Assembly: GCA_965228895.1 (NCBI GenBank)
Contig: OZ245842.1
Coordinates: 3,648,001-3,712,000, forward strand
Direction: 5' to 3'
From: Alphaproteobacteria bacterium
GTDB taxonomy: Bacteria > Pseudomonadota > Alphaproteobacteria > SP197
Length of the DNA: 64,000 nt
This document shows positions 47,051-55,592 of the stretch, piece after piece; the stretch's first letter is position 1; each line of letters starts with the position of its first letter. Position numbers and translations under genes: made by a program. A model generated the notes under the pieces. It saw only the letters and a program-made list of their open reading frames with translations. It had not been told where the DNA came from and ran no database searches.

Positions 47051-48190
47051 ATGAGCGCCCTCTTCGAGCCGATCAGCTTTCGCGGCGTCTCCATCAAGAA
47101 CCGTATCGCCGTCTCACCCATGAGCCAGTATCGCGCCAAGGATGGTCACGCCAACGCTTGGCACCTCGTCCATCTCGGCCGGTTCGCACTGGGCGGCGCC
47201 GGTCTCACGTTTGTCGAAGCGACCGCCGTTGAGGCGCGCGGCCGGCGCACGCCCGGCGATCTTGGCCTGTGGTCCGACGATCATATCGAGTCTCTTCTAC
47301 CGGTTACCGAGTTCCTGGCCGCCGAAGGCTCGGTGCCCGGCATCCAGCTCGGCCATGCCGGGCGCAAGGCATCCGAACGGCGTCCATGGCATGGCGAAAC
47401 ACCGGTGACCGACGAAGACGTGACGCTGCGCGGCGAGGCGTCGTGGCCAGCTATCGCGCCGTCACCGCTGCCCTATGACGAAGACTGGCCGGAACCGGCG
47501 GCAATGAGCGACGACGATATTGCCGATATCATCGCCGCGTTCGGCGATGCCGCCCGGCGCGCGGCCGACGCGGGCTTCCGCGTGCTCGACGTCTATGCCG
47601 GCCACGGTTTTCTGATTCACCAGTTCTTGTCGCCGCTCGCCAACACACGCACCGACCGCTGGGGCGGCGACGGCGCCGGGCGCCGCCGCCTGGCCGTCGA
47701 AGTCGCGCGCAGCATCCGCCGTCAGTGGCCCGACGATCTGCCGCTCCTGTTTCGGCTGTCGGCGACTGACTGGATTGACGGCGGCATCGAGCCCGACGAC
47801 ACGGTCGAGACAGCCCGCGCGCTCGCCACCGAAGGCGTCGACATGATCGACTGCACGACGGGCGGTATCGGCGGGCGCAAACGTCCGGCCCGCATGGCGA
47901 TCAGCCAGGGTTTCCAGATCCCCTTTGCCGAGCGTATCCGGTCCGAAGCCGGCATCGCCACCATGGGAGTCGGCTTCCTGTGGGATGCCGAGGTCTGCAA
48001 CGCCGCCGTCGCCGATGGCAAGGTCGACATGATCGCGCTCGCCCGCGAACTGCTCGACGATCCCAACTGGCCTCTGCACGCCGCCGCCCAACTGGGCGAC
48101 GACGAAGGCCACGCCCTGTGGCCGCCGGAATCCGGCTGGTGGCTCAACCGGCGTGACCGGCTGGTCAAAAAGCTCGGCTTGCGCGATTAG
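47051..48190 (+). CDS. NADH:flavin oxidoreductase (Old Yellow Enzyme, YqjM/XenA-like)
   Basis: KNRIAVSPMSQY, VEATAV, GIQLGHAGRKAS, HQFLSP, ARELLDDPNWP. Confidence 0.92.
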   Translation: MSALFEPISFRGVSIKNRIAVSPMSQYRAKDGHANAWHLVHLGRFALGGAGLTFVEATAVEARGRRTPGDLGLWSDDHIESLLPVTEFLAAEGSVPGIQLGHAGRKASERRPWHGETPVTDEDVTLRGEASWPAIAPSPLPYDEDWPEPAAMSDDDIADIIAAFGDAARRAADAGFRVLDVYAGHGFLIHQFLSPLANTRTDRWGGDGAGRRRLAVEVARSIRRQWPDDLPLLFRLSATDWIDGGIEPDDTVETARALATEGVDMIDCTTGGIGGRKRPARMAISQGFQIPFAERIRSEAGIATMGVGFLWDAEVCNAAVADGKVDMIALARELLDDPNWPLHAAAQLGDDEGHALWPPESGWWLNRRDRLVKKLGLRD

Positions 48191-50915
48191 CGCCCACGCA
48201 CTTCTCCTGGGCCGCAATTCGGTCACAGTGAGCGACACATCGTGCGCCGGGCAACGGCGGATAGCTGGGTTCTCTGAATGGGTGAATATCCGCGACAGCC
48301 AAGGCCGTCTCGCGAACTCCGAAGTCAACGTCTGCGCCCTCGGCATCGACCTGGACAACACAATGGATCACGAGGCGGTGCTGCTCGCGCGCGAGCCATA
48401 GCTGGGTCGAGGCCGTGAAGGCCCGCATAGTCGACGGCCTGATCGTTGGCAGCGCCACCGCCCAGCACATGGATCCGGATGGTGTAACAACGTCAGTCGA
48501 GATTACCCTTACTAGCGCAGTGACTTAGCTGACAGGCGCGACCAGGCATTAGCGATATCGCCCGAAGTGCTGTGGAGTGGTTATCTGTCTGCGTCTGTGA
48601 GCTATGGCAAGATGGTAGTCCAGGGAATGCTAGACAATGCGGTCCACATTGAGTTGCCCACTGTCGTTTGGATAGCCCCTGACAACACCATGGTCTTGAT
48701 TCTCGAAAATGTGTTGGGGTCAGTCTTGGCGAGCTTTTCAAGTGTCGCATTCAGTTCGCTTTCCTGCTCAGCCGTGGCTCGGCCGTCAGCCTTCAATGCT
48801 ACAAGTTCTCCAAAAACTTGAACCAACTTCTCTGATTCTATGGATACGTCCTGGCGCAAACCCCTCAAAAGAGCAAACCACCTTTCGTCGGAAGAGTGAG
48901 CGGTATCCAATGCTCGCGTGAGCAGTAAGATAAGATCTGCGTAGGTCCTCTGTGCAATTTCGTCCGCGTGCTCGATTCTTTGCGCGAGGGCTGCGCTCTT
49001 TTCCTTCTCTGCCTCTATCAGTCTCCTGTTGAATTCCTCCAATTGTCCGATTTCTCGGTCATGAAAACGTCTCTCCGCTTCGATAACCCTTTGTTCATTT
49101 CTCAGCATGAGCGCAGCTTCGTCGAGCTTGTTCTGCAAACGAACTACAAGTATGTCGTTTTCGAAAGCTGCCTCGGCCGTGCTATTCCCAGATAAGACGT
49201 CAGCATACTTCGACAGCAGTTTGTAAACCCCATCCACGTGCTGCGCACGAACTTGGATTTCCATTGCAATACCACTATCGGTTCTTCTAATAGTTGCAGT
49301 AGAGCCGAGGCCAGATATCGAGTTGTCCAGGATGTCCTTGAAAAAGGAAAGAAGTGCAGTCGCAGCATTTGCAGCCGGTCGATCTACGTTGCAACTAACC
49401 GTCACGGTCTCGTTGCGCGGGACTATCGATTTCCAATGTATACCCTTTAGGTCTTCGACTAGGTCGAGCCTTTCCCAAGGAAACCCATCGACCTCGTGTG
49501 CATTGCGGCCAAAGGCACCATAAACGTTTGAAAACTTGTAAATCGGTCGCTGCAGTTGAAATCTTTCGCGAATGGCCCTTGGCCGCAAGTCAACGATCTC
49601 GGCAACTTGCGCCTCTAGCTCTGTCTCCGATATCTCCGACGTTCCAAAGGTTTGTATGTAAATGGCAACCGGACTAGAAACACCCAGCTCGTATTGGATT
49701 TGCACCTGGCAGCGCTTAGCAATTCGTGCGGCGACAATATTCTTTGCGATGTACCGCGCCATATAGGAGCCAGACCGGTCAAGCTTCGTCGGATCGAGGC
49801 CAGAATGAGCCTTACTTGGATAGGGAATTGCGCCTCCATAGGTGTCTGCGCTCACGAGGCGCCCCGACTGCCCCACGTCTCCGTCAGGGCCGCCAATTAC
49901 GAAACGTCCAGACGGATTTATGTAGAGACGATCGGTGGCACACATCCAGGAATTGGGTACAGCTTCCAGAATATGCGGCATCACGACGTCAGCAACATCG
50001 TCAACATACGCGTCCATGCTGTGTTGAGTTGAAACAGTGATCGTCGTGCATCCAGTTGGGAGACCGTCTTCATAGGCCATCGTAACCTGACAGTACGCAT
50101 CTGGCCCCAAGATGGTTTCTTCATCGGCATGACGTGCCTTGCTGAGAAGCCGCAAGATCTTGTTCGCCAAACAAATTGGCGCAGGCATTAAGTCCTCGGT
50201 TTCCTCTGTGGCGTATCCGTAGACGGTGATATTGTCGCCCGCACCTTCATCCATACTTGCGGTGTCAACACCCATTGCAATGTCTAGGGATTGGGAGTCG
50301 ATCAGAGTAGCCAAGTCCAGCGTCTTCCAACTGAATCCTTCTTGATCGAAACCGATCTGGCGAACTGTCTGGCGAACAATGCGATCAAACTCGGCAGTGT
50401 AGTCGAATTGCTCCGCACACCGAATCATGCCGGCCATGATCATGTAGTTCGTAGTAGTCAGTATCTCTATAGAAGAGCGACTAAATGGATCGCGCTGCAA
50501 AAGTTCGTCAAGGACCGCATCAGCAACAATGTCTGACAACTTGTGAGGATGGCCCTCGGAGACTCCGAAGGCGGTTTCCAGGCGGGGCCGACCTTCGCCT
50601 ATCGAACCATACGAGGACAAAGGAATCAAAGAGTTGCTTTGCATATGCGCACTCCATCGCCTGGTCATGTGTAGTAGCTGACAAAGGTAGCCTGGGCCTA
50701 GGGTTTCTTACGTTCACGAGTCGAGCCAATATCCTAGTTGTTGAGGCTTCTGGCCGGTAAGATCGCGCATCCCAAGCTGGGATCATTGATCTCCATTCCC
50801 GTCGAGTATTGTGTTATCGACGAAGTTGGCCATCAATTGAAAGATCATCCACGCAGCACGTCCGGTGTGTCCTACGTCGAGGATAAAGCGTGCCATGACT
50901 CTTACCTTACGCCGT
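48191..50915. mobile_element. Small horizontally acquired islet (no integrase) bounded by duplicated OYE 3' ends
   Basis: Spot counts of 60-nt lines in the cargo gene give ~45-58% GC versus 77% for one line of the OYE gene and visibly GC-rich flanks; direct repeat 47875-48190 / 50916-51132. Confidence 0.7.
48602..50644 (-). CDS. Catalytically degenerate MetK (SAM synthetase) domain fused to an alpha/beta + coiled-coil + hydrophobic-tail module; putative decoy/sensor
   Basis: MetK fold at ~50590-49443 (SEGHPHK, GAGDNI, PDAYCQV, STQH, GRFVIGGPDGD, DTYGG, DPTKLDRS) with catalytic residues replaced; ~280-aa C-terminal extension; GGAG RBS before ATG 50644. Confidence 0.85.
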   Translation of the reverse strand: MQSNSLIPLSSYGSIGEGRPRLETAFGVSEGHPHKLSDIVADAVLDELLQRDPFSRSSIEILTTTNYMIMAGMIRCAEQFDYTAEFDRIVRQTVRQIGFDQEGFSWKTLDLATLIDSQSLDIAMGVDTASMDEGAGDNITVYGYATEETEDLMPAPICLANKILRLLSKARHADEETILGPDAYCQVTMAYEDGLPTGCTTITVSTQHSMDAYVDDVADVVMPHILEAVPNSWMCATDRLYINPSGRFVIGGPDGDVGQSGRLVSADTYGGAIPYPSKAHSGLDPTKLDRSGSYMARYIAKNIVAARIAKRCQVQIQYELGVSSPVAIYIQTFGTSEISETELEAQVAEIVDLRPRAIRERFQLQRPIYKFSNVYGAFGRNAHEVDGFPWERLDLVEDLKGIHWKSIVPRNETVTVSCNVDRPAANAATALLSFFKDILDNSISGLGSTATIRRTDSGIAMEIQVRAQHVDGVYKLLSKYADVLSGNSTAEAAFENDILVVRLQNKLDEAALMLRNEQRVIEAERRFHDREIGQLEEFNRRLIEAEKEKSAALAQRIEHADEIAQRTYADLILLLTRALDTAHSSDERWFALLRGLRQDVSIESEKLVQVFGELVALKADGRATAEQESELNATLEKLAKTDPNTFSRIKTMVLSGAIQTTVGNSMWTALSSIPWTTILP

Positions 50916-51132
50916 GCGCAAGTGTCCGGCACGCATGGCGATCAGCCAGGGATTCCAAATCCCCTTCGCCGAACAAATCCGCGCCAAAGCCGGCATCGCC
51001 ACAATGGGCGTCGGGCTCCCGTGGGATGCCGAGGTCGGCGACGACGAAGGTCACGCCCTGTGGCCGCCGGAATCCGGCTGGTGGCTCAACTGGCGTGACC
51101 GGCTGGTCGAAAAGCTCGGCTTGCGCGGCTAA
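50916..51132 (+). pseudogene. Orphan 3'-end duplicate of the OYE gene with a 99-nt internal deletion
   Basis: RKCPARMAISQGFQIPFAEQIRAKAGIATMGVGLPWDAEV|GDDEGHALWPPESGWWLN...; lacks the equivalent of 47996-48094. Confidence 0.9.
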
Positions 51133-52379
51133 AAACGATCCGCCCTGAACGGTGCGAGGTCCAGGCCGGGATCGCGGCCTGAGACGAGGTCGGCAATGAT
51201 CGCGCCCGTTCGCGCACCCAGTGTCAGGCCCAGGTGCTGGTGGCCGAAGGCGAACCAGCAGTCGCGCACGCCGGGTGCCGGACCGATCATCGGCCGGAAG
51301 TCCGGCAAGGTCGGACGACGGCCCATCCAGGCCGTCATCTTTGGTTTGTCGATACCCTCAAGTTCGCGCAATACCGGTCGTGCGCGCCGCCAGATGGTTT
51401 GGCCGCGCTCATGGTTCTCAGGCGCGTCGACGCCGGCGAGCTCCACGGTGCCGGCAAGACGCAGCCCGGTCGTCGTCGGGTTGATGCCATAGGCGTGCTC
51501 GTAATGCAGGCAGACCCGCGTCAAGGCGCTCTCGAAGCCGTCAAGCTCGACGTGATAGCCGCGCTCGGCCTCCAGCAGCACGCGGACCCCCATCATGTGC
51601 GCCAGACGATGCGAGAACGCACCGGCAGCGACCACCAGCTTGTCGACCGGCATGTCGCCCCGGTCCGTCTTGAGGCCGGTGACCCGGCCGTTCTCGACCT
51701 GCATGTCCTCTACCTCGGCCTGAACGAACCCGTTCGCTTGACCGGCGCATGCCTGATCGGCGATGGCGCGGGTCAGAAGGCCGGGATTGTTGGTGCTGTA
51801 AACGGTCGGGAAGAAGATGGCGCGTGCGACCTGGTCCGACAGGGCCGGCTCCATCTGGCGGATCTCTTCGCGCGCCAGTTCGTCAAAGTTGGCGCCGAAC
51901 GTCCGGTTCATATCGCGCCGCCATGTGTCGTCGGCGAACGTCTGCTCGCTGCGGTAAAGGCCCAGAAGGCCATTGCGCCGGATGTAGCGGTCAGCCTCGG
52001 TGTCGCGCACGATCGCGTCATAGGCCGACGTCGTGCCATTCAGAAGGCTCGCCATCGCGACAGCGGTGCGTTGCTGATCGGCGGTCGTGCAACCGCGCAC
52101 CAGCGCGGCCAGCCACGGCATCATCTTGAGGAGATAGGACCAGCGGATGACAAGCGTCGCATCCTTGTTGAACAACATCGACGGGATGTCTTTGAGAAGA
52201 CGTGGCGACGGCGGCTGGACCGACGAACCGAGTGTCGAGATGACGCCCGCATTCCCGAACGAGCAGCCCATGCCGGGCTCGATACGGTCGAGCAGCGTCA
52301 CCTCGTGACCGGCCAGCGCCAGATAACGCGCGCAACACGCGCCGATAATGCCGGCGCCGATAACCGTAACGTGGCTCAT
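51129..52379 (-). CDS. FAD-dependent D-amino-acid dehydrogenase (DadA/DAO family)
   Basis: GAGIIG, CSFGNAG, ERGYH, WMGRRPTLPD, FGHQHLGLT. Confidence 0.92.
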   Translation of the reverse strand: MSHVTVIGAGIIGACCARYLALAGHEVTLLDRIEPGMGCSFGNAGVISTLGSSVQPPSPRLLKDIPSMLFNKDATLVIRWSYLLKMMPWLAALVRGCTTADQQRTAVAMASLLNGTTSAYDAIVRDTEADRYIRRNGLLGLYRSEQTFADDTWRRDMNRTFGANFDELAREEIRQMEPALSDQVARAIFFPTVYSTNNPGLLTRAIADQACAGQANGFVQAEVEDMQVENGRVTGLKTDRGDMPVDKLVVAAGAFSHRLAHMMGVRVLLEAERGYHVELDGFESALTRVCLHYEHAYGINPTTTGLRLAGTVELAGVDAPENHERGQTIWRRARPVLRELEGIDKPKMTAWMGRRPTLPDFRPMIGPAPGVRDCWFAFGHQHLGLTLGARTGAIIADLVSGRDPGLDLAPFRADRF

Positions 52380-52391
52380 GGACGGAGCGCT

Positions 52392-53219
52392 CTAAACAAC
52401 ATGCCAGACATCATTCAGCATATCCGCGGCGACCACCACCAGGAAGGCGCCGAAGATGCGTTTGAGAACGTGTTTGTTGAGCCGGTTACCCAGACGCACG
52501 CCAAACGGCGCGGCTACCATGACGATCGGCGCCATGATGATAAAGGCGATGCCGTCGACATAACCGACCGCGTGATCCGGCAGGCCGCTCGCGCCCAGGC
52601 CGTTGATGATGTAGCCGGTCGCCCCGACCGCGCTGATCACCACGCCGCCGACACTGGAAACGGCGATGGCGCGGTGGATCGGATAACCGAAGGCGTTGAG
52701 GATCGGCGTTACGAACGTACCGCCGGTCAAACCCAGCAGCGTTGACACGCCGCCGAAGAAGACCGCGAAGAACGTGCGCAGCCAGCCGGCCAAGCGTTCC
52801 GCCAGCTTGAAGCTGTCGCTGGAGACAAGCATGTGTATCGCGGCGACTAAAATCACGATCGCGAACGCTGCTTGCAGATGTTTGCCGTCGATGAAGCGGG
52901 ACGCCACGACACCGATCACAACGCCAACCGCCAAAGCCGGCAGCCACAGCTTCAGAAACGGCACATCGACATTGCCGGCACGCCGTTGCGTGAGCGAGGC
53001 CGAGACGGAACTGGGCAAAGCAAGCGCCAGGGACGTCGCGACGGCAACGTGCATGACCTGCTCAGATGAGACACCGAAGGCGGGAAAGAGATAGAGGAAG
53101 ATCGGCACGCGCATGATACCGCCGCCGATACCGAACAGGCCGCCGGCATAGCCCGAGGCAATGCCGGCCAAGGCAAGCCAGCCCGCATAGATCCACAGAT
53201 CCTGTTCCACGGCGCCCAT
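52392..53219 (-). CDS. Sulfite exporter TauE/SafE family protein
   Basis: GGLFGIGGG, AVATSLA, LLGLTGG. Confidence 0.9.
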   Translation of the reverse strand: MGAVEQDLWIYAGWLALAGIASGYAGGLFGIGGGIMRVPIFLYLFPAFGVSSEQVMHVAVATSLALALPSSVSASLTQRRAGNVDVPFLKLWLPALAVGVVIGVVASRFIDGKHLQAAFAIVILVAAIHMLVSSDSFKLAERLAGWLRTFFAVFFGGVSTLLGLTGGTFVTPILNAFGYPIHRAIAVSSVGGVVISAVGATGYIINGLGASGLPDHAVGYVDGIAFIIMAPIVMVAAPFGVRLGNRLNKHVLKRIFGAFLVVVAADMLNDVWHVV

Positions 53220-53293
53220 CCCTACTCGTACGACTACCGGATATCACGCCATTCACGGTCCAACAAATCGACTCGGCAACGCACCACGTGCGG

Positions 53294-54409
53294 TTAGCCG
53301 AGATGCCATGTCGTCATTTCCGGGTGCGGATGCAGAGCTTCTAGTCGCTGATCGATCGCTTCACGTGTCAACAAGCCACCTTCAGCATCGGTGCGCGTGA
53401 CGACGGAGGCGGCATTGACGGCCGCGGCACGGGCCGCGTTCTCTGCGCTTTCACCGAGCGCGATCTTGGCCGCGAAGGTGGCGGCAAACGCATCGCCCGC
53501 ACCGGCGGTGCCAGCGACCTCGCTGGCGATGACCGGGCAATGAAACAGGCCGTCTTGAGAGCCGACAAAGGCACCGGCCGCGCCATCGGTCACGACAAGG
53601 TAACGTGGGCCCAGTGCCAGCACGGTCTTGAAGAAGGTCGCGAACGGCAGAGCAATGCCCTCACCGGCAAAGCCGCGCACGACAAGAGCGGGCGCGGTGT
53701 CGTCGGGCGCCGGCTGAAGCACAGGTCGATCGCCAGCGGCACGCGTTGCCAGCACCGGCACCAAGGCGTCGGCCTCGATGCGGTTTAAGGTTAACACGTC
53801 GATCTTGCCGAGGCAGCGCAAGAAGGCGCCGGTCTTGGCCGAGAGTTGCCGGATGCCGGGATTCGACGCAATTGTCGCGCCCATGTTTTTCGCCATGTCG
53901 ATGATCGCCGGGAAACACGCCGCCGAACCCTCGCTCAGGCTGGAGACGTAGACGAGATCCCTATCGAACGCGGCCTCGTGAAGATCGCCCGGTTCCATGA
54001 GCGTGTTGGCGCCGCGATAGGTGAAGATGGCGGCGTCACGGTCGTGGGACGACAGATGGACGGCCGCACCGGTCGGCTGCCTGACGTCGCGCACGACCCA
54101 ATCGTCCGTCACGCCCTCATCTTTCAGGTGACGACAGATCGTATCGGCGCGCGCGTCATCGCCCAGTTTCAACAGCGCCGCGGTCGTCAGGCCCAGACGC
54201 GCGAGCGCGACCGCGACATTCAGGCCACCACCGCCGCAATGGGTCGAGACATCCAAGGCCTCGGTTTTGCGGCCGGCCTCCAGCATCAAGAACGAGGTCT
54301 CGGCGTTGCGCAGGGTCAGGTGCTCGATCAGGCCGCTGTCGATGATCGCGATGGTGTCGATCATCGCCGATCCGACCGCGAGCGCCCTGACGGGCAACGC
54401 CTCGCCCAC
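53294..54409 (-). CDS. PfkB family carbohydrate kinase
   Basis: GGGGLNVA, NPG, NRIEA, VTDGAAG, TAGAGDAF; start uncertain (54409 or 54397). Confidence 0.88.
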   Translation of the reverse strand: MGEALPVRALAVGSAMIDTIAIIDSGLIEHLTLRNAETSFLMLEAGRKTEALDVSTHCGGGGLNVAVALARLGLTTAALLKLGDDARADTICRHLKDEGVTDDWVVRDVRQPTGAAVHLSSHDRDAAIFTYRGANTLMEPGDLHEAAFDRDLVYVSSLSEGSAACFPAIIDMAKNMGATIASNPGIRQLSAKTGAFLRCLGKIDVLTLNRIEADALVPVLATRAAGDRPVLQPAPDDTAPALVVRGFAGEGIALPFATFFKTVLALGPRYLVVTDGAAGAFVGSQDGLFHCPVIASEVAGTAGAGDAFAATFAAKIALGESAENAARAAAVNAASVVTRTDAEGGLLTREAIDQRLEALHPHPEMTTWHLG

Positions 54410-54413
54410 GGCC

Positions 54414-55526
54414 TTAGCCTTCGGGAACCGCGTCGGCGAGCGCGGCCGCCTTTTTGATGACGTCGTCCTGGTGAGGATAGAGCTGATGGCCGCCGGCAAC
54501 GTCGACGAACTCGGCAAAGACGTCCTCGACATCGCTGCTGATGCCCGAAAGCTCTTCCATCACGGCCAGTCCGCAATAGGGCACGTAGGCTGCCGAATAG
54601 CCGCCCTCGTGACTCAGCACGAGCTTGCCGCCGGTCAACTCGTCGGCTAGCTCCAGCATGATCTGGGTCAGTTTTCGGTAGGTCGTCGACGTCACCATCA
54701 TGCGGCCCAGGGGATCGTAGATGGAGCCATCGAAGCCCGAAGCGATGATGATCAGTTCCGGCTTGAAGCGGCGCAGGGCCGGTGCGACGACCCGTTCGAA
54801 GGTCTGGATGTAGGCGTCGCGCCCCGAACCCGGCGGCAGCGGAACGTTGATGTTGCAGTCCTTGCCGTCACCCTCGCCGGTCTGATGCAGGTGCCCGGAA
54901 TCGGCGGGGTACCAATTGTCCTGGTGGATCGAAATGGAAAGCACATCCGGGTCCCCATAGAAGATCCGTTGGGTGCCGTTGCCGTGATGCACGTCCCAGT
55001 CAACCACGGCCGCGCGCTTGATGCCATGGGCGTGTCGGGCGTGATGCACGGCAACGCCGATGTTGCTGAAGATGCAGAAACCGCGGCCGATATCCGGCTC
55101 GGCGTGATGACCGGGCGGGCGCACGAGCGCGTAGCCGTTATCGATCCGCCCTTCGGTGACCGCGTCGACCATGGCAATCGTTCCGCCGGTCGACAACAGG
55201 GCGATCTCGTAGCTGCCATGCCCGAACGGCGTCCCTTCGCCCGCGTTACCGCCGTTCTCGGCGCTCATCGCCTTGATGCCGTCGAGGTAGTCGGGTGTGT
55301 GGACCCGCAGGATCTCCTCCTCCGTCGCCGGTCGCGGTGCGATGTGGTTCATCTTGTCGTAGAGACCGGCGACTTCCATCAGGTTGCGCATGCGCCGTTT
55401 GGTCTCGGCATTCTCCGCATGTTCGCCCGGCTGCACCTTCAATCCGGCCGGATACCACAGCGCCGCGCTGCCGGTGTCGTGCCACATGTAGAGCTCGTGC
55501 ATCAGAAAACCGGTCTTGCGGTTCAT
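54414..55526 (-). CDS. Class II histone deacetylase-like amidohydrolase
   Basis: RPPGHHA, GFCIFSN, DWDVHHGNGT, SGFD, HEGGY. Confidence 0.93.
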   Translation of the reverse strand: MNRKTGFLMHELYMWHDTGSAALWYPAGLKVQPGEHAENAETKRRMRNLMEVAGLYDKMNHIAPRPATEEEILRVHTPDYLDGIKAMSAENGGNAGEGTPFGHGSYEIALLSTGGTIAMVDAVTEGRIDNGYALVRPPGHHAEPDIGRGFCIFSNIGVAVHHARHAHGIKRAAVVDWDVHHGNGTQRIFYGDPDVLSISIHQDNWYPADSGHLHQTGEGDGKDCNINVPLPPGSGRDAYIQTFERVVAPALRRFKPELIIIASGFDGSIYDPLGRMMVTSTTYRKLTQIMLELADELTGGKLVLSHEGGYSAAYVPYCGLAVMEELSGISSDVEDVFAEFVDVAGGHQLYPHQDDVIKKAAALADAVPEG

Positions 55527-55592
55527 GGTCCTTCTCCCCGACTGGCGTTATGCCATGTGATGCTTTCCGAAGTGCGGATCAAAGACAATGCT

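Noticed and set aside
48602-50644. Annotating this gene as housekeeping metK, or as a decaying metK pseudogene
   Set aside because: Several essential catalytic residues are replaced, and it has a 280-aa fusion and foreign GC. The frame is intact and the structural motifs are kept, which argues against random decay.
3725-50644. A functional link among the SAM-related genes (metZ/SAM-II, cfa, methyltransferase, MetK fusion)
   Set aside because: They are scattered over 47 kb in separate transcription units, and the MetK fusion is a separate insertion.
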